DNA of 64,000 nucleotides from Macrostomum lignano (taxonomy: Eukaryota): the NCBI GenBank assembly GCA_002269645.1, contig NIVC01000571.1, forward strand, positions 62,001-126,000, in the 5' to 3' direction. Position numbers and translations under genes: made by a program. Below the pieces are notes generated by a model that saw nothing but the letters and a program-made list of their open reading frames with translations, was not told the DNA's origin and made no database searches. This document shows positions 11,176 through 23,488 of the stretch, one piece after another. Numbering within the stretch: position 1 is the first letter of the stretch; each line of letters begins with the position of its first letter.

Positions 11176-14100
11176 ATGACTCACCTGGGTGGCGTCACAG
11201 TGCTGCTAAGCTGCTTGGTGGCCGCTGCGATAGGTAAGCTGGGGATTATCAGGGGGGCAGAGCAGCTCAGCGGTTAACGAGACTCACTCTCGCTCCAAAC
11301 TATTCGATTTCGAGACTCACTCCCCGCTCCAAACTATTCGATTTCGAGACTCACTTTCGCTCCAAACTATTCGATTTCGAGACTCACTCTCGTTCCAAAC
11401 TATTCGATTTCGAGACTCACTCTCGTTCCAAACTATTCGATTTCGAGACTCACTCTCGCTATAAACTATTCGATTTCGAGACTCACTCTCGCTCCAAACT
11501 ATTCGATTTCGAGACTCACTCTCGCTCCAAACTATTCGATTTCGAGACTCACTCTCGCTCCAAACTATTCGATTTCGAGACTCACTCTCGCTATAAACTA
11601 TTCGATTTCGAGACTCACTCTCGCTCCAAACTATTCGATTTCGAGACTCACTCTCGCTCCAAACTATTCGATTTCGAGACTCACTCTCGCTATAAACTAT
11701 TCGATTTCGAGACTCACTCTCGCTCCAAACTATTCGATTTCGAGACTCACTCTCGCTCCAAACTATTCGATTTCGAGACTCACTCTCGCTATAAACTATT
11801 CGATTTCGAGACTCACTCTCGCTATAAACTATTCGATTTCGAGACTCACTCTCGCTATAAACTATTCGATTTCGAGACTCACTCTCGCTATAAACTATTC
11901 GATTTCGAGACTCACTCTCGTTCCAAACTATTCGATTTCGAGACTCACTCTCGCTATAAACTATTCGATTTCGAGACTCACTCTCGCTCCAAACTATTCG
12001 ATTTCGAGACTCACTCTCGCTCCAAACTATTCGATTTCGAGACTCACTCTCGCTCCAAACTATTCGATTTCGAGACTCACTCTCGCTCCAAACTATTCGA
12101 TTTCGAGACTCACTCTCGTTCCAAACTATTCGATTTCGAGACTCACTCTCGTTCCAAACTATTCGATTTCGAGACTCACTCTCGTTCCAAACTATTCGAT
12201 TTCGAGATTCACTCTCGTTCCAAACTATTCGATTTCGAGACTCACTCTCGTTCCAAACTATTCGATTTCGAGATTCACTCTCGTTCCAAACTATTCGATT
12301 TCGAGACTCACTCTCGTTCCAAACTATTCGATTTCGAGACTCACTCTCGCTCCAAACTATTCGATTTCGAGACTCACTCTCGCTATAAACTATTCGATTT
12401 CGAGACTCACTCTCGCTCCAAACTATTCGATTTCGAGACTCACTCTCGTTCCAAACTATTCGATTTCGAGATTCACTCTCGTTCTAAACTATTCGATTTC
12501 GAGACTCACTCTCGTTCCAAACTATTCGATTTCGAGACTCACTCTCGTTCCAAACTATTCGATTTCGAGACTCACTCTCGCTATAAACTATTCGATTTCG
12601 AGACTCACTCTCGCTCCAAACTATTCGATTTCGAGACTCACTCTCGCTCCAAACTATTCGATTTCGAGACTCACTCTCGCTCCAAACTATTCGATTTCGA
12701 GACTCACTCTCGCTATAAACTATTCGATTTCGAGACTCACTCTCGCTCCAAACTATTCGATTTCGAGACTCACTCTCGCTCCAAACTATTCGATTTCGAG
12801 ACTCACTCTCGCTATAAACTATTCGATTTCGAGACTCACTCTCGCTCCAAACTATTCGATTTCGAGACTCACTCTCGCTCCAAACTATTCGATTTCGAGA
12901 CTCACTCTCGCTATAAACTATTCGATTTCGAGACTCACTCTCGCTATAAACTATTCGATTTCGAGACTCACTCTCGCTATAAACTATTCGATTTCGAGAC
13001 TCACTCTCGCTCCAAACTATTCGATTTCGAGACTCACTCTCGCTATAAACTATTCGATTTCGAGACTCACTCTCGCTCCAAACTATTCGATTTCGAGACT
13101 CACTCTCGCTCCAAACTATTCGATTTCGAGACTCACTCTCGCTCCAAACTATTCGATTTCGAGACTCACTCTCGCTCCAAACTATTCGATTTCGAGACTC
13201 ACTCTCGTTCCAAACTATTCGATTTCGAGACTCACTCTCGTTCCAAACTATTCGATTTCGAGACTCACTCTCGTTCCAAACTATTCGATTTCGAGATTCA
13301 CTCTCGTTCCAAACTATTCGATTTCGAGACTCACTCTCGTTCCAAACTATTCGATTTCGAGACTCACTCTCGCTCCAAACTATTCGATTTCGAGATTCAC
13401 TCTCGTTCCAAACTATTCGATTTCGAGACTCACTCTCGTTCCAAACTATTCGATTTTCATGCGCGGCCGAATTCATTTGGGGCTCGGCGATTCCCGCCCC
13501 CGAGGGCACCCAACGCACGGAATGCGCACAATCAGCGCCACTGTACACTCTGTGTGAGTGCGCGTCTGCTGGCTTCCACGCTGGTTGCAGTCGGCTGGCG
13601 CCTTGATTCGCGGGAGGGCCCAAAGTGGCCCGCGAACTGGTTGAAGCTCGGGGTTGCCGCTGCCGTGGCTCTCAAAAATGCTCTCAAATTTGTTGAAACT
13701 AAAATCATTTTAGCAACGAATTCGCGGTCAAGCGTCACTGGACGATTTGTGGTTGCGCCAGGACCCGTCCTGGTCGGCAACGCCTCTAGCAGCGAACTCG
13801 TCAACCTGACCGGCGTCCAGACCCGGCTGGAGTGTCTGGCAGCGTGCCAGCGGAAGGGCTGCCTGCTGGCTTCGCTCATCCCCAGCTCGCGCGTCTGCCA
13901 GCTGCTGCTGCTCAACGACGCGTCTCAGGCGCCGGGACCGGCCGGGACTCACGTGCAGAGACTCGTGGGCTCCGAGCCCGGCGCCAGGCTGTGGGCGGCC
14001 GAGAACTTCACGGAGCTGATGCTGATGAGGAAGAGGATGCTGAATGTCACCATTGAGCTCAGAAGTGAGAAAAATGTCATGTTTGCAAAGTTCTGTGCTT

Positions 14101-15113
14101 CAAGCATTTGCTGCACCTTGACATCTGATCTGCAGCGCCCTCTCTCACTGCAGACAGCGGCACGGGCAGGGCCGGCTCCATCCAGTCCGTGACGATCCCC
14201 TCGACCGGCTGCTACCGGATCGAAGTGTCGGGCGCCAGAGGCGGCACCAACTCCTTCGCAGGCAAGGCTGGCGGCAGCGGCGCCTTCGTGTCCGGCGCCT
14301 TCAACCTGACGGCCGGCACCCAGCTGAGCGTCGTGGTCGGACAGGCCGGCGGTCTTCCCAGCTCCCTGCACAGCGGAGGCGGCGGAGGCGGCGGCAGCTT
14401 CGTGTACCGGACGGCAGACGAGCTGCTGCTGACTGCAGCCGGCGGTGGAGGTGCCGGGACCTATCATAGGGATGGTGAGTGCAGTAAAATTACATACGAA
14501 ACACAGCACCAGCTTCAGATTTCTGACAATACCCCAACATCAAACGGACTTCACCTAATAGTACACTCAGCTTGAGCTTATCTCAGATTGCTACGCAGCT
14601 GGTAAAAGCCGCATCCAAAATCTCAACAGGCCTGCCCGGAGAGGCCGGCGTCAACGGCTCCGTCGCGAATCCGAGCGGAAACAGCCACGGCGGCAGCAAC
14701 GGACAGCCGGGCTTCCACAACTCCAGCGCCATGACCGGCAACCACAACCTCGCTGGCTGCGGCGCCGGCTGGCTGGGGAAGCCGGTGTGCACCAGGCGGG
14801 GACCGGACGATGGTGACGGAGGCGGCAGTCGGGCCGAGGGCTGGCTGGGCGGCGACGCCGGCGGCTCCAACACCGGCGACGGCGGGTTCGGCGGCGGCGG
14901 AGGAGGCGGCACGATGAACCCCTACTGGGCGCTGCCGGGGCCGGCGGCGGCTTCAGCGGAGGCGCCACCAGCTTCTCGGGGGGCCCTCCTGGAGGCGGCG
15001 GCGGCTCCTTCTGCTCTGGCAGCGGCTGCAGCGGCACCACTGGCGGCAACGCCGGCCAGCACGGCCTGGTGGTCATCCGGCTGGTCGAGCCGCTGAGCAA
15101 CTTTTGCGAGTGA
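11176..15113 (+). CDS. Secreted protein: signal peptide, PAN/apple-like domain and ALK/LTK-type glycine-rich domain; needs +1 nt near 14919-14929
   Basis: Exons 11176-11233, 13714-14064, 14154-14474 and 14630-15113, all GT-AG and phase-consistent. The total is 1214 nt, +1 = 405 codons. Signal peptide MTHLGGVTVLLSCLVAAAIA. PAN-like LECLAACQRKGC...VCQL. Gly-rich motifs TIPSTGCYRIEVSGARGG, LSVVVGQAG, GGGGGGSFV, AAGGGGA, GGFGGGGGG, GAGGGFSGG, GGGGGSFC and GHGxVVI-like QHGLVVI. Confidence 0.8.
11280..13456. repeat. 33-bp minisatellite, about 66 copies, filling intron 1 of the PAN/Gly-rich gene
   Basis: Unit gagactcactctcg(ctcc/ctat/ttcc)aaactattcgatttc. Confidence 0.97.
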
Positions 15114-16497
15114 CGATTTCATGAAAATTGAAAAATCTCTAACGGAGCAGAGTGCATTGTGTCAAGAGTGAAACACCATCGTAGGAATTAACCGCTGCAT
15201 CCAAGTGTTTACTTTTTCTAAGGTATCGGCCGAACACTAACGGTAGCTACTGAACACTACTTATACCATCCAAGGTGGATATACCTCGGCACCTGCTTAT
15301 GCTATAAACGCTCGACTTTGCAGTGTGCCAGGCTATTAAAATACGCTCGAAGCAATACTCATTGCTTTAATTTAATCTGTCACTGCTTTAACCTGCACAG
15401 ATATTGGCGGGGGCTGCCGTGCGATTCACACGAGCTGTGGGCACCCTGGCGCAATGCCTTTGATCACATCTGTGTCACATCCAGAGCTGACACAGAGTGT
15501 ACAGCGGCAGCACATGCGTGTACGAACTTGAAATCCAGAAGGTGAACAAAGGTTAAATAATAGATTCAGGTTTTCCCGCCCGCCCGCTACCAGTGCAAAA
15601 GTACAAAGACTAGGCGGACAAAGACGCTGAAGCTTACTGAGGGACAAGGCCGAGCGGCTGAATCAAGACTGTTTCCTCTAATTCTGATTAAGACGAAAAC
15701 TCGCGCATTTATTGTAAGGCTATCTAGTATAAAACTCTAGTGAGCTGTCAGGTGAGGTCGGCTATAACTAATATGCTGAGCTATAAATCAAATCGGTGAC
15801 TTGGCGTTCTGGTCTGACCAAACACACAAACGGGAGTAAAAAAGGGGATCTGATTTAAAACTTCAAAAATACTGAAGGGAGGAGGCGGGTGCTGCGAAAT
15901 TGAAAAAAGCGGAAAAGCTGTGAGCTCGGAGCGATAGAAGGGCGAAGCAAACAATAGCAGGGGACACGCAGGCTGCTGTGGAGAGCAATACTAAAAACAA
16001 AAAAGGTAAAAAAACAATTATTAGACATTGAAGGACTAATAGAATTAAATGAGATATTCGGGCTCGCCAGACAGGGGACTAAAAATGAACAGAAAAAAAC
16101 TAACTGAAACACGACACATTGCTAATTTTTTGCTTAAAAAGCGGAGTGCTAAAACCAAGTGAATAAAATGAGACAGAGGCAGTCCGAAAATCGAGTTTAT
16201 CACGCGAATTTGAGATTATTCACATAGGCTACTAACAGCAATGTCTATGCTAGCTTGCGAGGGTCATGAAAGTTCTGCAGTGCATCTCTGGCGCAAGTTG
16301 ATGAGAAAAAATTGAGAATCGATTTGTCTGTCAAAACCAGTCTGATGCAGCGGTCTCCATAGCGACAGGGTGGGAAAACTGGGTAGCAAAAACTAATAAG
16401 AAAACTAATAAATAAGAAGTCGCATGCTGGCCCGGCACGAGGGCAACCCGCGGATCCGCAACTCTGAACTGCCTGAATAATCCTGATGTTGAACTTC

Positions 16498-17255
16498 CAA
16501 TCCCAATCCTGAAACTGCCGACCCCAATCCTGAAACTGCCGACCCCATCCTGAATCTGCCGATACCAACCCTGAAACTGCCGATCCCAATCCTGAAACTG
16601 CCGACCCCATCCTGAATCTGCCGATACCAACCCTGAAACTGCCGACCCCAACCCTGAAACTGCCGACCCCAATCCTGAAACTGTCGACCCCAATCCTGAA
16701 TCTGCCGATACCAATCCTGAAACTGCCGACCCCAATCCTGAAACTGCCGATACTAATCCTGAAACTACCGACCCCAATCTTGAAACTGCCGATACCAATC
16801 CTAAAACTGCAAATGCCAATTCTGAAACTGCCGATACCAATCCTAAAACTGCAAATGCCAATTCTGAAACTGCCGATACCAATCCTAAAACTGCAAATGC
16901 CAATTCTGAAACTGCCGATACCAATCCTAAAACTGCAAATGCCAATCCTGAAACTGCCGACCCAAATCCTGAAACTGCCGATACTAATCCTGAAACTGCC
17001 GATACCAATCCTAAAACTGCAAATGCCAATTCTGAAACTGCCGATACCAATCCTAAAATTGCAAATGCCAATTCTGAAACTGCCGATACCAATCCTAAAA
17101 CTGCAAATGTCAATCCTGAAACTACTGATACCAATCTTGAAACTGCCCACCCCAATCCTGAAACTGCCGATACCAATCCTGAAACTGCCGATACTAATTC
17201 TGAAACTGCCGATACTAATCCTAAAACTGCCGATACTAATTCTGAATCTGCCTAT
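16498..17255. repeat. 21-bp minisatellite downstream of pfk
   Basis: Unit ccaatcctgaaactgccgata and variants. Confidence 0.92.
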
Positions 17256-17343
17256 CTGAAGCGCGGTCCCGCTCGCGCCGAGCCGGTCACTAATCAGCTA
17301 CTCAGCTACTCCAACTAAAACCAGGAGCCGTCAGTCTCGCCTC

Positions 17344-20300
17344 TCAAAGCGCGATCTCGTCCTCCTCGGCGAGCCCCTGGGCGGAGAGGGTCCGCTGCAC
17401 CGAGTCGCTCTCATAAACAGAGTCGTGCTTGGCCAGGATGCGCAGCAGGGGGCGCAGCTTCAGCCACCACTGCGTGTCCGGCCGCTGCATGCGCAGCTTG
17501 AAGTCCGTGTCGCTCAGCAGCTCCGTCACCGGCCTGACGCTCGTGCCGCGCTTCGTGATGCCCACGATGGCCGCGCTGGCCGTGGCCGACTCGTCCACGG
17601 TGGCCGGGCGGCCGGCCGCGCCGCCGGACAGCACCCGAGAGAACCAGTCAGCGGCCTTCACGCCGAACTTCGTGGCCAAGTTGCGGTCGTAAGGCGATGG
17701 CGTGCCGCCTGTAGGAGCAGATCGGGGGAGGTGGCTTTCGGGACCCACCTCAGAAAGCAGTCAGGACCCTCTTCAGGATTCAGTCAGACCTACATTAGGA
17801 AGCAGTCAGGACCCACTTTAGGAAACATTCAGGACCCTCTTCAGCATTCAGTCAGAAAACACTTTAGGAAACATTCAGGACTAACTTCAGGAAGCAGTCA
17901 TGAGTCAGGACCTCTTTCAGGATTCAGTCAGAACCCACTTCAGGAAACATTCAGAAGCAGTTTTAGGAAGCAGTCAGTACCCACTTCGGGAAACAGACAG
18001 TACTCACTTCAGGAAACAGTCAGTACCCACTTCAGGAATCAGCCAGTACCCACTTCAGGAAACAGTCAGTACCCACTTCAGGAATCAGCCAGTACCCACT
18101 TCAGGAAACAGTCAGTACCCACTTCAGGAAACAGTCAGTACCCACTTCGGGAAACAGACAGTACCCACTTCAGGAATCAGTCAGTACCCACTTCAGGAAA
18201 CAGTCAGTACCCACTTCAGGAAACAGTCAGTACCCACTTCAGGAATCAGTCAGTACCCACTTCAGGAAACAGTCAGTACCCACTTCCGGAAACAGTCAGT
18301 ACCCACTTCAGGAAACAGTCAGTACCCACTTCAGGAAACAGTCAGTACCCTCTTCAGGAAACAGTCAGTACCCACTTCAGGAATCAGTCAGTACCCACTT
18401 CGGGAAAAATTCAGGATCCACTGCAGGAAGCAGTCAGGATACTTTAAGAACATTCAGGACCCACTTCAAAGGGGCTCCCCGCTGACTATCCTGCAGCCGG
18501 TACTTCATCAAACAAAACTGACCCCTTTGGTCAGCAAGCGGGCTGACCAAAATTTACAGCCAAGAAACAGCGCCTGACACCCACCCTGCTGCATGTGGCC
18601 CAGCACGTTGGAACGGCAGTCGAAGACGCCCTTGCCCTCCTCCTTGAAGACGCGGTACACAAAGTCAGTCGAGTAGTTCTCGTTGGCGAGCTCGTTGCGC
18701 AGGATGAGGCCCCGCTGCAGGCCGCAGTCGTCGTGCATTTTCTGCTTGAGGTGGCGCACATCGTCCAGCAGCACGGCCAGGTCGAATTTGTCCTCCTTGA
18801 TGTAGGCGGCGTCCGCACCGCCGGCCAGGCCAGCCAGGGTGGCCAGGTAGCCGCAGTAGCCGCCCATGGTCTCCACCACGAACACGCGGCGCTGGGTGCC
18901 AACGGCGCTCTGCTTGATCTTGTCGATGATCTGCGTGATCTCATTGAGCGCGGTGTCAGCCCCGATGGAGAAGTCCGTGCCGGGCACGTTGTTGGAGATT
19001 GTGCAGGGCACCACCAGCATGGGCACGGCCAGGGCTGGCTGGCTTGGCCGGGCCTGGAACAGCTGCACCAGCGAGCTGAAGGCCTCGAAGCCGCCGATCA
19101 GCAGCATGCCTCTCAGGTTCTCCACCTTGGACAGGGCCTCGGCCACCTGGGCGGCATTGAATGGCAGCCAGGAAATTACAGGTAGAATCTAAATTGGAAA
19201 ACTTATGGAAAGGTGGAAGGCGTGCCGACAGGGGGAGAGCTTAGCAGATAGTGGGAGAGCTTAGCAGATAGTGGGAGAGCCTAGCAGATAGTGGGAGAGC
19301 TTAGCAGATAGTGGGAGAGCTTAGCAGATAGTGGGAGAGCTTAGCAGATAGTGGGAGAGCTTAGCAGATAGTGGGAGAGCTTAGCAGATAGTGGGAGAGC
19401 TTAGCAGATAGTGGGAGAGCTTAGCAGATAGTGGGAAAGCTTAGCAGACAGTAGAAGAGCTTAGCAAATTGTGAGAGCTTGGGTAGCAAATCTGCAGCTT
19501 CCTGGCAACTCACGGCGGCGATGCCGACCTCCTCCGCGGTGATCCGCTTGGTGCCGAGGCAGCTGCCGCCGGAGGACGTCAGGCCGGACACGGACTCCCA
19601 GCTCAGCGGGCGGAAGCTGGCCTTGACGAGGCCGTCGAAACCGCCGTTGACGCCCAACACGCGGAAGCCGTTGCTGATGCCAGTGCGGACGAAGGCGCGC
19701 ACGCAGGCGTTGGCGCCGCAGGCGGGGGCGCCGACCATCACGATGAGCAGCGTCGGGCAGCTGTCGCTACAGGCGTTGGCGGGCGAGTGCAGCTTCTTCA
19801 GGGTCCGGTAGGTGGCCAGGTTGTTGATGAAGGACTTGCCGCGCAGCTCCACGGACTGGGCGTAGTTCTTGGCCTGGATGGCCTCGTTCACCGCCTTCGT
19901 GCGGGCCACGCACTCCACCAGCGGCAGCCGCACAGCCTGCGGCGGAGGGAGGGAAGCGATGGCTTCGGTAAACGGTTGTAAGATGCTGGCACCCAGAGAT
20001 GCTGGTATTCACATAGTCTGGCACTCATAGAGATGCTGGCACCCAGAGATGCTGGTATTCACAGAGTCTGGCACTCAGAGATGCTGGCGTCCAGAGATGC
20101 TGGCACCCAGAGATGCTGGTATTCACATAGTCTGGCACTCATAGAGATGCTGGCACCCAGAGATGCTGGTATTCACAGAGTCTGGCACTCATAGAGAAGC
20201 TGGCACCCAGAGATGCTGGTATTCACAGAGTCTGGCACTCATAGAGAAGCTGGCACTCAGAGTCTAACACTCAGAGAGGCTGGCACTCAGAGTCTAACAC

Positions 20301-22549
20301 TCACAGAGGCTGGCACTCACAGGCACAGTCACTCTCAGATGCATGCCATTCAAGAAGTCACAGATTCACCCCTACAACCAGAGGCGGAAGGAGCCCGGGC
20401 GCCTGTGCAGTACCTGATTGGCATCGAGGCTGACAACGATGGATGGCAGCTCCGGGTTCTGGCGGGCGTCCAGCAGGGCCAGCACGGCCTCGGCAGCCAT
20501 ACGGCAGCCCAGCAGGCGGTCAAAGGCAGATGGGGCGCCGCCACGCTGCACGTGGCCGAGGACGGTGACCCTGGTATCGTACTTCAGCTTCTGGCTGATC
20601 GTGTCCCGGATGAGGTTGGCGCTGATGGCGTTGCCCTCAGTGTCGATGGCGCCCTCGCCGCGATGATGATGTTCAGCCGCTTGCCGCGTTGCCGGGCCTG
20701 CGGTGGCGAGGGCGGAGGGCGGAGCGACTGTCAGTGTGTTGAAGGACAGGGTTTGCAGGGTACTGAAGGGCAGGGGTTGCAGGGTGCTGAAGGGCTGGGG
20801 TTGCAGGGTACTGAAGTCTGGGGTTGCAGGGTGCTGAATGGCTGGGGTTGCAGGGTACTGAAGTCTGGGTTTGCAGGGTACTGAAGGGCAGGGGTTGCAG
20901 GGTACTGAAGGGCTGGGGTTGCAGGGTACTGAAGGGCTGGGGTTGCAGGGTACTGAAGGGCTGGGGTTGCAGGGTACTGAAGGGCTGGGGTTGCAGGGTA
21001 CTGAAGGGCTGGGGTTGCAGGGTACTGAAGGGCTGGGGTTGCAGGGTACTGAAGGGCTGGGGTTGCAGGGTACTGAAGGGCTGGGGTTGCAGGGTACTGA
21101 AGGGCTGGGGTTGCAGGGTACTGAAGGGCTGGGGTTGCAGGGTACTGAAGGGCTGGGGTTGCAGGGTACTGAAGGGCTGGGGTTGCAGGGTACTGAAGGG
21201 CTGGGGTTGCAGGGTACTGAAGGGCTGGGGTTGCAGGGTACTGAAGGGCTGGGGTTGCAGGGTGCTGAAGGGCTGGGGTTGCAGGGTACTGAAGGGCAGG
21301 GTGTGCAGGTTACTGAAGGGCAGGGGTCACAGGTTACTGGAGGGCACCGAGGCTCACCTTGATCAGATGGTTGCACATCACATCGGGCCAGTCGGTGCCC
21401 GGAGGCTCCTCAGGGATGAACAGAAAGTCGGCCTCGCAGCACAGGGCGGACACCAGCGCCAGGTAGCCGCAGTGACGGCCCATCACCTCCATGACGAAGG
21501 CACGCTGGTGGCTCTGCGCGGTGGTGGCGATGGCGTCGCAGGCCTCGATGATGCGGTGCAGCGCCGAGTCCGTCCCGATGGTCATGTCGGTGCCGCAGAA
21601 GTCGTTGTCGATGGACCCGACCATCCCCGCGATGTGCAGGCTGGCATAGTCGCGCCGCTGCTTCTCTGTGACCGCGCCTTCCTTGAGCAGCTCGTCCACC
21701 AGGGACGGCCACTCCTGGCGGAACAGGTCCGCTCCTGTGGGGGTGGGGGGTTGTTGGTTCGAAACCGTGCTGTGTTGGCCTTAGCCCGCTGCCTTCTTAC
21801 CAGCCTTTCCTATCTCAATCTTCCCTCCGAGCATCTCAATCCACCCTTCCAGCATCTCAATCCTTACTCCCAGCATCTCAATCCTTACTCCCAGCATCTC
21901 AATCCTTACTCCCAGCATCTCAATCCTTACTCCCAGCATCTCAATCCTTACTCCCAGCATCTCAATCCTTACTCCCAGCATCTCAATCCTTACTCCCAGC
22001 ATCTCAATCCTTACTCCCAGCATCTCAATCCTTACTCCCAGCATCTCAATCCTTACTCCCAGCATCTCAATCCTTACTCCCAGCATCTCAATCCTTACTC
22101 CCAGCATCTCAATCCTTACTCCCAGCATCTCAATCTCTACTCCCAGCATCTCAATCCCTACTCCCAGCATCTCAATCCTCCCCCAGCCCACCGGTCAGTG
22201 AGCCGTCACCGCCGATGACCACCAGGTTGGTGATGCCGCGGCGGATGAGGTTCCTAGCGGCCTGTAGGCGGCCCTCGCGAGTCCGGAAGCGGGCGGAGCG
22301 GGCGGAGCCGATGACGGTGCCGCCCAGCTGGATGATGCCGGACACGAGGCCCCAATTGGCCTCCTTGATCATCTCCTGGCCGTCTTCGCCGTCGCCGATC
22401 ATGCCTTCGTAGCCCTCGTAGATAAGATAGACCCGGAAGCCGCAGTAGAGGCCCATGCGGACCACGGCCCTGATGGCGGAGTTCATGCCCTGCGAGTCGC
22501 CGCCGGAGGTGAAGACGGCCAAAGCCGGCCGCTCGTGCAGCGGCAGCAT
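17344..22549 (-). CDS. pfk: ATP-dependent 6-phosphofructokinase (eukaryotic two-domain type); needs +1 nt near 20656-20662
   Basis: Exons, read downward: 22549-22192, 21734-21358, 20697-20414, 19936-19514, 19146-18585, 17708-17344. The total is 2369 nt, +1 = 790 codons. Motifs [68 protein letters not shown] and [14 protein letters not shown]. An acceptor at 22567 suggests an upstream exon or trans-splicing. Confidence 0.95.
17750..18470. repeat. 23-bp minisatellite in pfk intron 5
   Basis: Unit cacttcaggaaacagtcagtacc. Confidence 0.9.
19233..19470. repeat. 20-bp minisatellite in pfk intron 4
   Basis: Unit gggagagcttagcagatagt. Confidence 0.92.
19980..20320. repeat. Degenerate about 50-bp repeat in pfk intron 3
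   Basis: Unit agatgctggcacccagagatgctggtattcacatagtctggcactcatag. Confidence 0.85.
20738..21340. repeat. 24-bp minisatellite in pfk intron 2
   Basis: Unit ttgcagggtactgaagggctgggg. Confidence 0.95.
21815..22180. repeat. 21-bp minisatellite in pfk intron 1
   Basis: Unit cccagcatctcaatccttact. Confidence 0.95.
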
Positions 22550-22964
22550 GCGGAGCGCGTCCGTGACTGCGGAAGTCACGGCGGGGATTTGAGGATGAGC
22601 GGCAGGTGGGAACTGGCGCAAATGAAGTGTGTGCCGGACTAGCGGCAGTCTCCGATATTAAGATGAGTTCGCTAGTTGATGCAGAACACTCGAGACATGA
22701 ACAACACGAACTGCACGCACGCTACGTGTCTGCGTAAACTGTGAAGCGCCTTGGCGATTAGAAAAAGTTCAAGCTGGACATTCATGATGTAAAAACTGTT
22801 ACTTTCTGTACTCGTGCTCTGCACCAGGACTGAACAGCCCGCAGACAGACAGACAGACAGACAGCTGAAAGTGCGGGCAATTGCGCAAGGACCGCTAGCA
22901 GTAGGGGAGGAACTTTAAAAATGCGTCAAAGTTATGCAGATTTTATTTTATCTGGAATTCTTTG

Positions 22965-23488
22965 CTTTTCTGGCACTAAACTGACACCTCTACTGTTATT
23001 GCCTTTTCTGGCACTAAACTGACACTTCTGCTGTTTGCCTTTTCTGGCACTAAACTGACACCTCTACTGTTATTGCCTTTTCTGGCACTAAACTGACACT
23101 TCTGCTGTTTGCCTTTTCTGGCACTAAACTGACACCTCTGATGTTTGCCTTTTCTGGCACTAAACTGACACCTCTGCTGTTTGCCTTTTCTGGCACTAAA
23201 CTGACACTTCTGCTGTTTGCCTTTTCTGGCACTAAACTGACACCTCTGCTGTTTGCCTTTTCTGGCACTAAACTGACACCTCTGCTGTTTGCCTTTTCTG
23301 GCACTAAACTGACACCTCTGCTGTTTGCCTTTTCTGGCACTAAACTGACACCTCTGCTGTTTGCCTTTTCTGGCACTAAACTGACACCTCTGCTGTTTGC
23401 CTTTTCTGGCACTAAACTGACACCTCTGCTGTTTGCCTTTTCTGGCACTAAACTGACACCTCTGCTGTTTGCCTTTTCTGGCACTAAA
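22965..23488. repeat. 36-bp minisatellite upstream of pfk
   Basis: Unit ttttctggcactaaactgacacctctgctgtttgcc. Confidence 0.95.

Noticed and set aside
11280-13456. CRISPR-like array (33-bp units with a small hairpin; likewise the 41-, 43- and 50-bp arrays)
   Set aside because: Units are contiguous with no unique spacers, there are no cas genes, and the context is eukaryotic introns.
15675-15705. Hammerhead ribozyme-like core (ctgattaagacgaaa)
   Set aside because: It does not match CUGANGA and I could not find the flanking stems.
20372-22218. Pro/Cys- and Gly-rich repeat ORFs fused to PFK fragments
   Set aside because: These are intronic minisatellites read in frame with flanking pfk exons.
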